Shown piece by piece: positions 20,394-29,900 of a stretch of DNA of 64,000 bases (its first letter is position 1; every line of letters begins with the position of its first letter). The notes under the pieces were generated by a model, which was given only the letters and a program-made list of their open reading frames with translations, was not told the DNA's origin and ran no database searches. The position numbers and the translations under genes are program-made. Source of the DNA: Candidatus Taenariivivens baikalensis (lineage in GTDB: Bacteria > Omnitrophota > Omnitrophia > Omnitrophales > Aquincolibacteriaceae); assembly GCA_009691445.1 (NCBI GenBank), contig SICL01000005.1, forward strand, positions 2,446-66,445, read 5' to 3'.

Positions 20394-21638
20394 GTGAAAG
20401 CAGCCCAAACCGGTACGCACTCAGCGCTTAAAAGTTATTCCTTCTCTCTTTTCCTGATGGGATCGATTATTTTCGGCGCCGTAGCCGGACTTTTTCTTAA
20501 AGAACGCGCCGTGATTTTAAAACCGCTCGGCGATATTTTTCTTAACCTTCTATTCACTTCTGTCGTGCCGCTTGTTTTTTTCTCAATTGCTTCTTCGGTA
20601 GCTTCCATTTCCGATCTGGGAAAGCTGGGCCGGATTCTCGGCTGGATGCTTTTCTTTTTTACTCTGACCGGGCTCATTAGCTCTTCATTAATGCTTGCAG
20701 TCATTAAGGCATTTCCTCCCGCAGCCAGTCATCTCACGGGACTTGCTGTCCCCGCAGTTTCAGCAGGCCAGGACACAGGATCCAAAATTGTAAGCGCGCT
20801 CACGACTGCGGACTTTGTGGAACTCCTCAGCAAGAAAAATATGCTGGCCCTGATTATCTTTGCGCTTCTCACGGGTCTCGCTTCTTCTCTAACGGGATCT
20901 CGCGGCCGCGCCTTTTCGGAATTTCTCGCCTCGGCCAGTGAGGTGATGACGAAGTTGATCTCTTTGATTATGCTTTATGCTCCGATTGGCCTTGCCGCGT
21001 ATTTTGCGTATCTTTCCGGAGTTTTCGGTCCTCAGCTGATGGGATCTTATCTGCATGCCATCCTGATTTATTATCCGGTCGCGATCCTCTATTTTTTCGC
21101 GAGCAACAGTGCGTATTCTTTTTTCGCGGGAGGGGCGATCGGGATGAAAAAATTCTGGTCGAATATTTCATTGCCCACACTTACCGCGCTTGGAACGGGA
21201 AGCAGTCTTGCGACCATTCCCTCAAACATCAAAGCCGCAGATGAGATCGGTATCCCGCATGAGATCAGCCGTGTGGTGATTCCTATTGGTGCCACGATTC
21301 ATATGGACGGTACCTGCATCTCCGCGATTTTAAAAATCTCCGTGCTTTTCAGTTTGTACGGCATGCATTTCTCGGGGATTGGAACTTATGTTACTGCACT
21401 GGGCGTTGCTCTCCTGAGTGGGATGGTCATGACCGGGATTCCGGGCGGGGGATTTCTGGGAGAACTTTTGATCGTGACGCTTTACGGGTTTCCTCCCGAG
21501 GCGCTTCCAATTATCTCGATGATCGGGACTTTAGTGGATCCGCCGGCAACGATGGTCAATGCGGTGGGAAGCAATGTGGTGAGTATGATGGTGGCGCGGA
21601 TGAGCTCCGGACCGAAGTGGATGGAGAACTCAAAATAG
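20394..21638 (+). CDS. Dicarboxylate/amino acid:cation symporter
   Basis: KPLGDIFLNL, TGSSLATIP, IGATIHMDG and GIPGGG motifs. Confidence 0.92.
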   Translation: MKAAQTGTHSALKSYSFSLFLMGSIIFGAVAGLFLKERAVILKPLGDIFLNLLFTSVVPLVFFSIASSVASISDLGKLGRILGWMLFFFTLTGLISSSLMLAVIKAFPPAASHLTGLAVPAVSAGQDTGSKIVSALTTADFVELLSKKNMLALIIFALLTGLASSLTGSRGRAFSEFLASASEVMTKLISLIMLYAPIGLAAYFAYLSGVFGPQLMGSYLHAILIYYPVAILYFFASNSAYSFFAGGAIGMKKFWSNISLPTLTALGTGSSLATIPSNIKAADEIGIPHEISRVVIPIGATIHMDGTCISAILKISVLFSLYGMHFSGIGTYVTALGVALLSGMVMTGIPGGGFLGELLIVTLYGFPPEALPIISMIGTLVDPPATMVNAVGSNVVSMMVARMSSGPKWMENSK

Positions 21639-21679
21639 CATCAAAGCTTTCAGGCCTTTCTGTCGAAAACTGATTAACC

Positions 21680-22957
21680 ATGAAAAAAATCGCAGTCGTG
21701 AATGGTATCCGCACCCCTTTTATCAAGGCGTGGACACTTTTTGAAAAAATGCCCGCCCAAAAGCTGGGTGCTCTTTGTGTGACGGAGCTCCTTCAGCGTA
21801 CCGAGATTGATCCCAAAAAAATTGATGAAGTCATCATCGGATGCGTGGGCCAGCCCATTGACGCGGCCAATGTTGCGCGCGTGATCAGTCTTTATGCCGG
21901 AATTCCCAAGGATAAGCGGGCCTACACCGTGAATCGTAATTGCGCCTCCGGCTTTGAGTCCGTAACTAGTGCCATTGAAAAAATCAGCATTGGCCAGGAT
22001 GAAATCGTGATCGCGGGCGGTGCTGAGTCCATGTCGAATGCGCCGCTGGTTTATAATGCGCAAGCCACGGCCTTATTTCTCAAACTTCAGCGCGCCAAAA
22101 CTTTGGGCCAGCGCCTCCAGATCATGCTTCAATTTCGCCCCAAGCATTTTGCCCCGGTGTCTGCTCTTCAGTGTGCTCTGACCGATCCAGTTTGCGGTCT
22201 GAATATGGGACAGACCGCGGAAGTGATTGCCAAAAAATTTGCCATTCCCCGCGAAAAGCAAGATGCCTTTGCGTTGGAAAGCCACAAACGCGTGGCGGCG
22301 GCGCGTGAGCGTTTGCGCGAAGAAATGATGACGGTTTTTATTCCTCCCGATTACGAAAAATTTGTTCAGGATGACAATGGCGTTCGTGAAGGCCAGAGTA
22401 TGGAAATGCTGGCTAAACTTAAACCGGCTTTTGATCGGTTCAGCGGATCTGTGACCGCTGGAAATTCCTCCCAGCTTACAGACGGGGCCTGTGCGCTTCT
22501 ATTAATGGAGGAGGGTAAGGCTAAGTCTCTCGGTTATGAAATTCTTGGAACCATCCGTGCGTACGATTATGTGGGTCTTGAACCCAGCGAAATGGGGCTT
22601 GGTCCCGCGTATGCGATCGAAAGTGTTCTGAGGAAATCCGGGCTGGGGCTCAAGGATATCCAGCTTTTTGAAATGAATGAAGCTTTTGCGGTTCAAGTGC
22701 TTGCGTGCGTAGAAGCGCTCGGCTCTAAAAAATTTGCGGAACAAAATTTTCCGTCGCGCCAGATTGTGGGCGAGATTGATCCTGCGCTTTTGAATGTGAA
22801 CGGTGGCGGCATTGCGCTTGGGCATCCCGTAGGTGTGAGCGGTTCGCGGCTGATCCTGACTTGTCTGAAAGAAATGAAACGGCGCAATCTGCACCGCGGT
22901 CTTGTCTCGCTTTGCATCGGCGGCGGGCAGGGCGGAGCGGTAATCCTAGAAAGGTGA
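21680..22957 (+). CDS. Acetyl-CoA C-acyltransferase (thiolase, FadI/FadA type)
   Basis: NRNCASG, NEAFA, GHPVGVSG and CIGGGQG motifs. Confidence 0.95.
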   Translation: MKKIAVVNGIRTPFIKAWTLFEKMPAQKLGALCVTELLQRTEIDPKKIDEVIIGCVGQPIDAANVARVISLYAGIPKDKRAYTVNRNCASGFESVTSAIEKISIGQDEIVIAGGAESMSNAPLVYNAQATALFLKLQRAKTLGQRLQIMLQFRPKHFAPVSALQCALTDPVCGLNMGQTAEVIAKKFAIPREKQDAFALESHKRVAAARERLREEMMTVFIPPDYEKFVQDDNGVREGQSMEMLAKLKPAFDRFSGSVTAGNSSQLTDGACALLLMEEGKAKSLGYEILGTIRAYDYVGLEPSEMGLGPAYAIESVLRKSGLGLKDIQLFEMNEAFAVQVLACVEALGSKKFAEQNFPSRQIVGEIDPALLNVNGGGIALGHPVGVSGSRLILTCLKEMKRRNLHRGLVSLCIGGGQGGAVILER

Positions 22958-22967
22958 CATCGAAGAT

Positions 22968-23076
22968 GTCATCCCCGAATGATTCAGTTGGTGATCTAAA
23001 AAACAGCCTGGATTCCCGATATCCGTCGAAGGACGCATCCGCGGTGCTCTCTGGCGAAAAAGATTTCGGGAATGAC
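22968..23076. repeat. REP-like palindrome variant (GTCATCCCCGAA...TTCGGGAATGAC)
   Basis: Inverted ends; carries a degenerate copy of the 32-bp inner module seen at 42310 and 46835. Confidence 0.7.
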
Positions 23077-23099
23077 AAATTGTAGTAAGAAGTTTAAAT

Positions 23100-25220
23100 A
23101 TGGAAACCCTGATGAGCACAGCCTGGCAATTAAAAATTGAAGACGGAATCGGGCAGCTGGTTTTTGACCATCCCGGTAGTGAAGTCAATATCCTCACCTC
23201 CGAGAATCTGCGAACGCTCAAAGAAGCCCTCGTTGAAATCCACAAACGAAATGATCTGAAAGCCCTGCTTTTCACCAGCGCCAAGAACCGGATCTTCATC
23301 GCCGGCGCGGACATCAACGAAATCAATAAAATTTCCACGAAGGACGAAGCCTTCCGCGCAGCCGAAGCGGGAAAAGAAGTTTTTCAGTTGATTGAAGACC
23401 TGAAAATCCCGACCGTAGCTGTGATTAACGGGGCCTGTCTTGGCGGAGGCTACGAGCTGGCTCTTTCCTGCCGCTACCGCGTGGCTGCATTTTCCGACAA
23501 GGTGAAGATCGGGCTTCCGGAAGTGAACCTTGGAATTCTTCCCGGATTTGGAGGAAGCATCCGCTTGCCGCGCTTGGTGGGACTTCTTAAAGCGCTTCCT
23601 TTGATTCTTGCCGGGCAAGTCGTTTCAGCAGAGTCTGCACTAAAAAATGGAATGGTTGACCGTTTATTTTTTGAGAAGACGCTTGTCACGGACGCAATCC
23701 GATTTATCCAGGGAATTCTATCGCGCGGGCCGGAAAAGAAACGTAAGAAAGATTTGATGACGAAGATTCTGGAAGACACTCCGTTGGGCCGTAATTTTGT
23801 GTTCACGCAGGCGCGTAAGGATGTTCTAAAAAAAACCAAGGGCGTTTATCCCGCACCACTTGAGATTATTGAACTGATCCGCAAAACTTACGGGATGAAA
23901 TCCAAAGAAGCCTTCCGGCTTGAGAGTGAACATTTTTCGCATCTGGGAACCACGGAAATTTCCAAGAATCTGATCCGGCTTTTCTTTTTAAGCGAGAAGT
24001 ACAAGAAACTGCGCTGGACGGAGGCGGACATTGCCTCCGATAGTGTGGAAAAATGCGGCGTGATCGGGGCGGGCGTGATGGGCGGAGGGATTGCCCAGCT
24101 TGTGAGTAATCGCAGCATTCCGGTTCGTGTCAAAGATCTCAACGAAAAGGCGATTTCTGGTGCGCTCAAAGAAGCGAGTAAGATCTACAAAGATGCTTTG
24201 AAACGCCGGAAAATCAAAAAACATGAAATGGAATTAAAGATGGGCCTTATTTCTGCGGGGCTGACGAGTGCGGGTCTCAAGCGCTGCAATATCATCATCG
24301 AAGCGGTGGTTGAAGATCTTGGCATCAAACAGAAAGTTTTCCGCGAACTCAGTGAGGCTGCCTCTCAAGACGTCATTCTCGCGTCCAACACGTCGTCGCT
24401 TTCCGTGACTAAAATGGCGGAAGTCTGTAAGTTTCCGGAACGTGTGGTGGGTCTCCATTTTTTTAATCCTGTAAACCGGATGCCTCTTGTGGAAGTGATT
24501 CGTGCGGCCAAGACTTCGGACGAAATCGTGGAACGTACCGTTCAATTTTCCCGTCGATTAGGGAAAACCGTGATCGTGACGGCGGATAAAGCAGGATTTT
24601 TAGTGAATCGTCTTTTGCTTCCTTATCTAAATGAAGCCGCTTATTTGATGCAGGAGGGAATGTCTCCGGAGCGGCTCGATGCGATTGCGGAAAAGTTTGG
24701 GATGCCGATGGGTCCGATTGAGCTTGTGGATCAGGTCGGAATTGATGTCGGCTATAAAGTGGCGCATGTGCTTGAAGATGCGTTCGGAGCGCGGATGAAA
24801 GTGGCGAAAATTCTGGAAGACGTGAAACAAAAGGGACTTCTCGGAAAAAAATCAGGCAAAGGATTTTATCTTTACCAAGGGAAAAAGAAAACGTTGAATC
24901 CTGAGATCAAAACTGTCGGAGGTTCGCGGGTTTCCGACGAAGATGCCCTGAAGCGGATGATCTACATTATGATCAATGAAGCCGCGCGCTGCCTCGAAGA
25001 AAAGGTGATCGATAGTGCCGCAACCGTGGATATCGGGATGGTGATGGGAACTGGGTTTCCTCCTTTCCGCGCGGGATTGCTTGCTTATGCGGATTGTGTT
25101 GGCTCGGGGAATATCCTTCGCGACCTTGAACGTTTCGCAAAAGAAGTCAATGCTGATCGTTTTGAACCCAGCGCCTACCTTCGGATTCTCGCACAAAAAA
25201 ATGGAAAGTTTTATTCCTAA
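23100..25220 (+). CDS. fadJ: Fatty acid oxidation complex alpha subunit (enoyl-CoA hydratase/3-hydroxyacyl-CoA dehydrogenase)
   Basis: FIAGADI, CLGGGYE, GLPEVNLG, GAGVMGGGIA, SNTSSL and HFFNP motifs. Confidence 0.93.
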   Translation: METLMSTAWQLKIEDGIGQLVFDHPGSEVNILTSENLRTLKEALVEIHKRNDLKALLFTSAKNRIFIAGADINEINKISTKDEAFRAAEAGKEVFQLIEDLKIPTVAVINGACLGGGYELALSCRYRVAAFSDKVKIGLPEVNLGILPGFGGSIRLPRLVGLLKALPLILAGQVVSAESALKNGMVDRLFFEKTLVTDAIRFIQGILSRGPEKKRKKDLMTKILEDTPLGRNFVFTQARKDVLKKTKGVYPAPLEIIELIRKTYGMKSKEAFRLESEHFSHLGTTEISKNLIRLFFLSEKYKKLRWTEADIASDSVEKCGVIGAGVMGGGIAQLVSNRSIPVRVKDLNEKAISGALKEASKIYKDALKRRKIKKHEMELKMGLISAGLTSAGLKRCNIIIEAVVEDLGIKQKVFRELSEAASQDVILASNTSSLSVTKMAEVCKFPERVVGLHFFNPVNRMPLVEVIRAAKTSDEIVERTVQFSRRLGKTVIVTADKAGFLVNRLLLPYLNEAAYLMQEGMSPERLDAIAEKFGMPMGPIELVDQVGIDVGYKVAHVLEDAFGARMKVAKILEDVKQKGLLGKKSGKGFYLYQGKKKTLNPEIKTVGGSRVSDEDALKRMIYIMINEAARCLEEKVIDSAATVDIGMVMGTGFPPFRAGLLAYADCVGSGNILRDLERFAKEVNADRFEPSAYLRILAQKNGKFYS

Positions 25221-25238
25221 CTTTTGGTATTTTGTAAG

Positions 25239-25377
25239 ATCAGGGACGGTTCTTAATAACTTGTTTAAGGCCAATAAGTTATGAAAGGCTCGTCCCTTTT
25301 TGGTTTAAAAATCAAAAAAGGGACGGTTCTGTCCTATCCTCATATGAATCATAGAGTTACTGAGAACCGTCCCTGAT
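25239..25377. repeat. Family C element, tandem double variant (GGGACGGTTCT...AGAACCGTCCC)
   Basis: Outer inverted repeat ATCAGGGACGGTTCT/AGAACCGTCCCTGAT with an internal CGTCCC...GGGACG pair. Confidence 0.75.
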
Positions 25378-25380
25378 TTT

Positions 25381-26193
25381 ATGCTGACACTGGATCAACT
25401 GCTGCAAAAACTCTGGATGGACTACTCGTCGATGAATCAGCAGGCCGGAGCTATTCACCGCGCGCTTGAAAAACGCGGAGAGAAAGTGGTCAATGATCAT
25501 TTGGCCTTCCGAACCCTGAACCTTTCCAAGGTTGGAATCGACGTTTTGGCGGAGCCCTTTTTAAAATTCGGCTACAAGGACGCCAGTGGTAAAGGATATT
25601 TCTTCAAAGAGAAAAAACTCTTCGCTCGCCACTACGAACATTCTGATTCAAATCAACCCAAAGTCTTTATCAGCGAACTTCTCGTGGAGGAATTTTCTCC
25701 AACTCTTCAAAAAACCGTGAAAGATATGATCGACCAGGTTCCAGACAAGCTGACGCAAACCGAAGACTTCCTGATTTCAGGATTCGCGTGGAAGCCCGTG
25801 AGCTGGCAGGTCTACCAGGATCTTCTCAAAGAGAGCGAATACGCGGCTTGGGTGGCAGCCTTCGGATTTCGTGTCAATCATTTTACGGTGTCTTACAATG
25901 CGCTCACCAGTTTCAAGGATTTTCCTGATCTCAACGGGTTCGTTAAAGGTGCTGGATTTTCTTTGAATGCAGCCGGAGGGGAGATCAAAGGATCTAAAGA
26001 TGTTTATCTCGAGCAGTCGTCCACGCTCGCGCATCCGGTGGAGGTTCAGTTCTCAGACCGTAAGGCTGTCATTCCGGCCTGCTATTATGAATTTGCGCGT
26101 CGGTATCCGATGCCGAACGGAAAATTATTTCAGGCATTCCTTCCCGACTCCGCAGACAAAATTTTCGAGAGCACGAATTTTCGTACAATATAG
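25381..26193 (+). CDS. DUF1338 family protein (2-oxoadipate dioxygenase/decarboxylase-like)
   Basis: NDHLAFRT, PKVFISEL, ESEYAAW, NHFT, LEQSST, YEFARR and ADKIFEST motifs. Confidence 0.88.
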   Translation: MLTLDQLLQKLWMDYSSMNQQAGAIHRALEKRGEKVVNDHLAFRTLNLSKVGIDVLAEPFLKFGYKDASGKGYFFKEKKLFARHYEHSDSNQPKVFISELLVEEFSPTLQKTVKDMIDQVPDKLTQTEDFLISGFAWKPVSWQVYQDLLKESEYAAWVAAFGFRVNHFTVSYNALTSFKDFPDLNGFVKGAGFSLNAAGGEIKGSKDVYLEQSSTLAHPVEVQFSDRKAVIPACYYEFARRYPMPNGKLFQAFLPDSADKIFESTNFRTI

Positions 26194-26288
26194 GGACAGC
26201 GCTCATCGACTCATGCGTATTTGTCAAATTTTGTTAAAAGTAATCAACGAATATGATTCAATACGACGGCTTCAATGAGACCTGTCCC
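26193..26288. mobile_element. 96-bp MITE-like element, family C
   Basis: GGGACAGCGCTCATCGA...TCAATGAGACCTGTCCC; inverted homolog of 41821-41915. Confidence 0.75.
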
Positions 26289-26799
26289 TGGCTCCTACGA
26301 AATCGAACAAAAATACCGGATCAAAAATCCAAAAGTAATTCGTGCGGCCCTCAAAAAACTGGGAGCCCGGAAAATCGCTTCCGGATTTGAGAGTAATGAG
26401 CTTCTCGACCGGAAAGGGGAGCTGCGGAGAAAAAAATCTGTGCTCCGTCTTCGCCAGTACGGAAAGTCCACGATTCTGACGTTTAAAGGCCCGCGCCTGA
26501 AGGTGAAAGGATCCTACAAGAAGCGCGTCGAGATTGAAACGGACGTGGAAGGTGTGAGCGCCAAGGGGATTCTTGAAGCGCTGGGCTACAAAACTTTTTT
26601 CCATTATTCCAAAACCCGTGAGCAATATAGCTACTCTTCGTGCTCCATCGTTCTCGATCATCTTTCCAAACTGGGATGGTTCCTTGAGATCGAAGGTTCT
26701 CCGTCTAGAATTGGCCGTATTGCCAAGCAACTTAAGTTTCAAAAATCAGACGAAGAGCCTCTCTCCTATCCGCAATTGTTGAGTGTCGAGATTAATTAG
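26275..26799 (+). CDS. cyaB: Class IV adenylate cyclase / CYTH domain protein
   Basis: EIEQK (ExExK), LRLR, LTFKG, RVEIET, K.RE.Y and FLEIEG motifs. Confidence 0.9.
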   Translation: MRPVPGSYEIEQKYRIKNPKVIRAALKKLGARKIASGFESNELLDRKGELRRKKSVLRLRQYGKSTILTFKGPRLKVKGSYKKRVEIETDVEGVSAKGILEALGYKTFFHYSKTREQYSYSSCSIVLDHLSKLGWFLEIEGSPSRIGRIAKQLKFQKSDEEPLSYPQLLSVEIN

Positions 26800-26949
26800 A
26801 TTCTCCCCATTTTTTTTCTTCAGCCTCTTAGGTCCGCATTTCGTAGGTAGAAAGAAACAAATTTGTAGATATTTTTTATAATAACGATTAATTAATATTA
26901 AAATAGTCATATTATCGCCAAAACGGGCGAAAAATAAAAAAAAACAGGT

Positions 26950-26965
26950 TGGCATGTTAATTGTA
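26950..26965 (+). promoter_or_regulatory. Possible sigma54-type promoter of the giant gene
   Basis: TGGCAT-GTTAA-TTGTA against consensus TGGCAC-N5-TTGCW (mismatch at -12); AT-rich upstream tract. Confidence 0.3.
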
Positions 26966-26981
26966 GTAATAGGTTTATCTT

Positions 26982-29900
26982 ATGAGAAACCGAAGGGTAG
27001 AATTACTGACGCATTTTGGGAGCATTGGTTCAAGCCTAAAACAGGGTGCTTTTTCATGTCCGGATAATAAACGCATTAAAAAAGAATTTAAAACCAGTAC
27101 CCGCTTATCTTTTCCAAAGTTTTCTCTCCATCGGTTGACCTATGATATCTCCAAGCCCCGTCCCTCACTAAAATTCCTGTCCTTCGTCCTGCTTTTGACA
27201 TTCTCCATTCAGGCCTTCGGCTGGGCGGAGACCGGACAAGTCTTCCCGGGATCGATTCGAATGCATCCGGTGGAAAATATTTTTCCGGAAGTGACGCAAG
27301 CGCCGAGCTCTTTTTTTATCCCGCCGTCCTTCGGAGAAATAAAAAAATCATTCACAGGATCCCGGGAAGAAAAAATTATCCTGATCCAGGACGCTCATGT
27401 TCATGAAGAGGCGCAGAGGAATATCGCACAAATGCTAAATTTTCTTTCCCGGGAGAAGAGGCTTCACCAGATTTATGTTGAAGGGGCTGAAGGTGTGATC
27501 GATATGACGCCTTATTCCTTTTTCCCTGATCTGAAGATCCGCCAGGAAACGGCGGATTATTTCCTCACAAAAGGAAGGCTCACTGGGGCGGAATACGCCG
27601 CCATCGTTACCACACCGGTATTATCCCTTTATGGTATTGAAAACCGCCAGGTCTATGAAAATCACCGGAAGGTTTATTTGGAAGGAATTGAAATCCAGAA
27701 AAAAAATCAGGCAATTCTGGAACCGCTTGGGAAGGCCCTTAAAGAAATGGCCCGTTTTGCCATGTCGCCGGAAGTCATGGAGTTTTACCGCAAGACAGGG
27801 TTTTTAGAACCCCAAGAAAAGGACTGGAATCTTTACTTTGACGAATTGCTTCGACAAGCTGGATTTCTGGGAATTGCTATTGATTCGGATTCGCAGATGA
27901 AAACCATGGAACGCCTTTCGGCACTTGGAAAAGAGATTGATTTGAAAAATCCGGATGCGGATCTTAAAAAGTTTCCTGAAACTGAAAAAACCCGGCAAGG
28001 CAGGCTTCAATACCAGGAATATCTCCGGCTTTCCAAGAAAATTTCCGGGGATTTTTTTACGGAAGCCTACGGACTTGAAAAAAAAATTAAGAGGATGCTT
28101 TTAAAGACTCCGGAGGAAAAACGGCTGAATGATTTTTTGGAAGTGGTGGAAATTTACAGAAAATTTTTTGATTTTTCCCTAACGACTCAGGAAGTGGAAT
28201 GGTTTTATTCCCGTCGTTTGAAATGGGACATGAAAGCCCTGCGTGATTTCTTGACGCCTCTGCTGAAGCGTTATCACTTCACCTACGAACTTCCTTTGTC
28301 TCTGGAGTCCATGGATCAGGATCTGTTGCGGATAGAAAAATTCTACCTTTTAGCTTTGGACCGTGATCGTATTCTGATTCAAAATGCTATTGGACACATG
28401 AAGACGACGGGCCTTAAACAAAGTGCGGTTATCACCGGTGGTTTTCATACGCCCGGGATTGAAAAATTTCTCCGGGAACAGGGCTATTCTTATGTTGTGG
28501 TGAGTCCCCGCATGACTTCCATCCCAGATGTTAAAAAGCAAGAAGCTCTCTACCGGCAAGCCGTTCTAGGACGTCCTTTGCTTGTAGAGAAAATTCTTGT
28601 TTCCCTGGATCTGTCGCGCCAAGCGCCGATGAAGGATTTGCAGTATCAAATGACGCCATGGCTGATGACACCCAATCCAAAATTTTCTTATCCATTTATC
28701 TGGCTTGAGACGGTAAGAGGTATTTTTAAATCAGGAAATCCAGACGTATTGTTTCATCGCCTTAAGATTGCGGCGGACAAGCTTCCTCCTGGTTCCAGAA
28801 AAGAGGCAGATGCGGTTTATCATGAGTTAGAAGGGGGCGTTCTTCAATCTTCAGAATCCGGAATGCAATATTATTGGAGAAAGATGTCGCAAGGAATTTT
28901 TTTGCGGCTTACAGCGGGCAGTAACAAAAAAATACCGAACCGCTCAAGAGGGGGGAAAAGCGGCAAAGAAATTTTCCCCCTGATTGATTTTGGTCATGAC
29001 TGGTTGGAAGGCGATCAAGTTGATTCCGATCTGGTCTCTAATGAAGTTGTGAGGATTCTATCCTCCGATTTGCCGTCACGAATCCCGTTGTTGATGGGAC
29101 GAAGCAGTGATTCATTCCAAAAACGTTCCGAAGTGCGAAGTCCATCCGTGACTTCAGCTCTCAAGCGCGGTACGAGGACGACCGCCGATTTAAATCTCCA
29201 GTTAGACGATTTGTGGAAGCCCATGGATGCTGAATTAGAAAAAGCGACTGGTGTTTCCTTAGACCGGCGTGCTTCGGGGGAGACTTTGTCGGGAGCTGCG
29301 GTCGGTGAAGATTATCTGGATAAAGCCTATGTCGTTGCTTTTTTGTGGGGACTAGGCTGGACGACACTTTCGCTGTTCCACATTTTTCCAGTCACCTTTA
29401 TTTCAGGGGTCCTGTTTTTTTGGGCCTTTACACTTGGAAACTTTCTTTTTAAGATTTTTGCCCATGAATGGGTGCATGCTTTTTTTGCCCGAGTATTTGG
29501 CGCTAAAGAAGCCTTAACGATTAAAAATTTAACCGGAAATCTCGGATGGGATTTTCTAGGGGGAATGGTCCTGTTTCCCTTGCTTCGGTATCCCCGGGTT
29601 AATGTGCCGTCGATTCAAGGGACTCTGCGCGAAACCTTTGCACTGAAAGTGGCCTTTCCGGTCCATCTGATGGCAGTTGCAGCGCTCTACTTACACCGCG
29701 GAGAAGTTTTGGATTGGCTTACTCCCTTAGTCAGCGGCATTACTTCGGATCCTTTCCTTCTTTCCTGGCTCCTTTTTAGTTTTATCGGAGGCGGGATCTT
29801 ATCGGTCGCCGAAGGGTTTTACTCTGATTATTTAAACAAAAAACGAGAATCGGGCGAGCTTGCCTGCGGAGTCTCCTCGGTGATCACGATTCTTCGTCCG

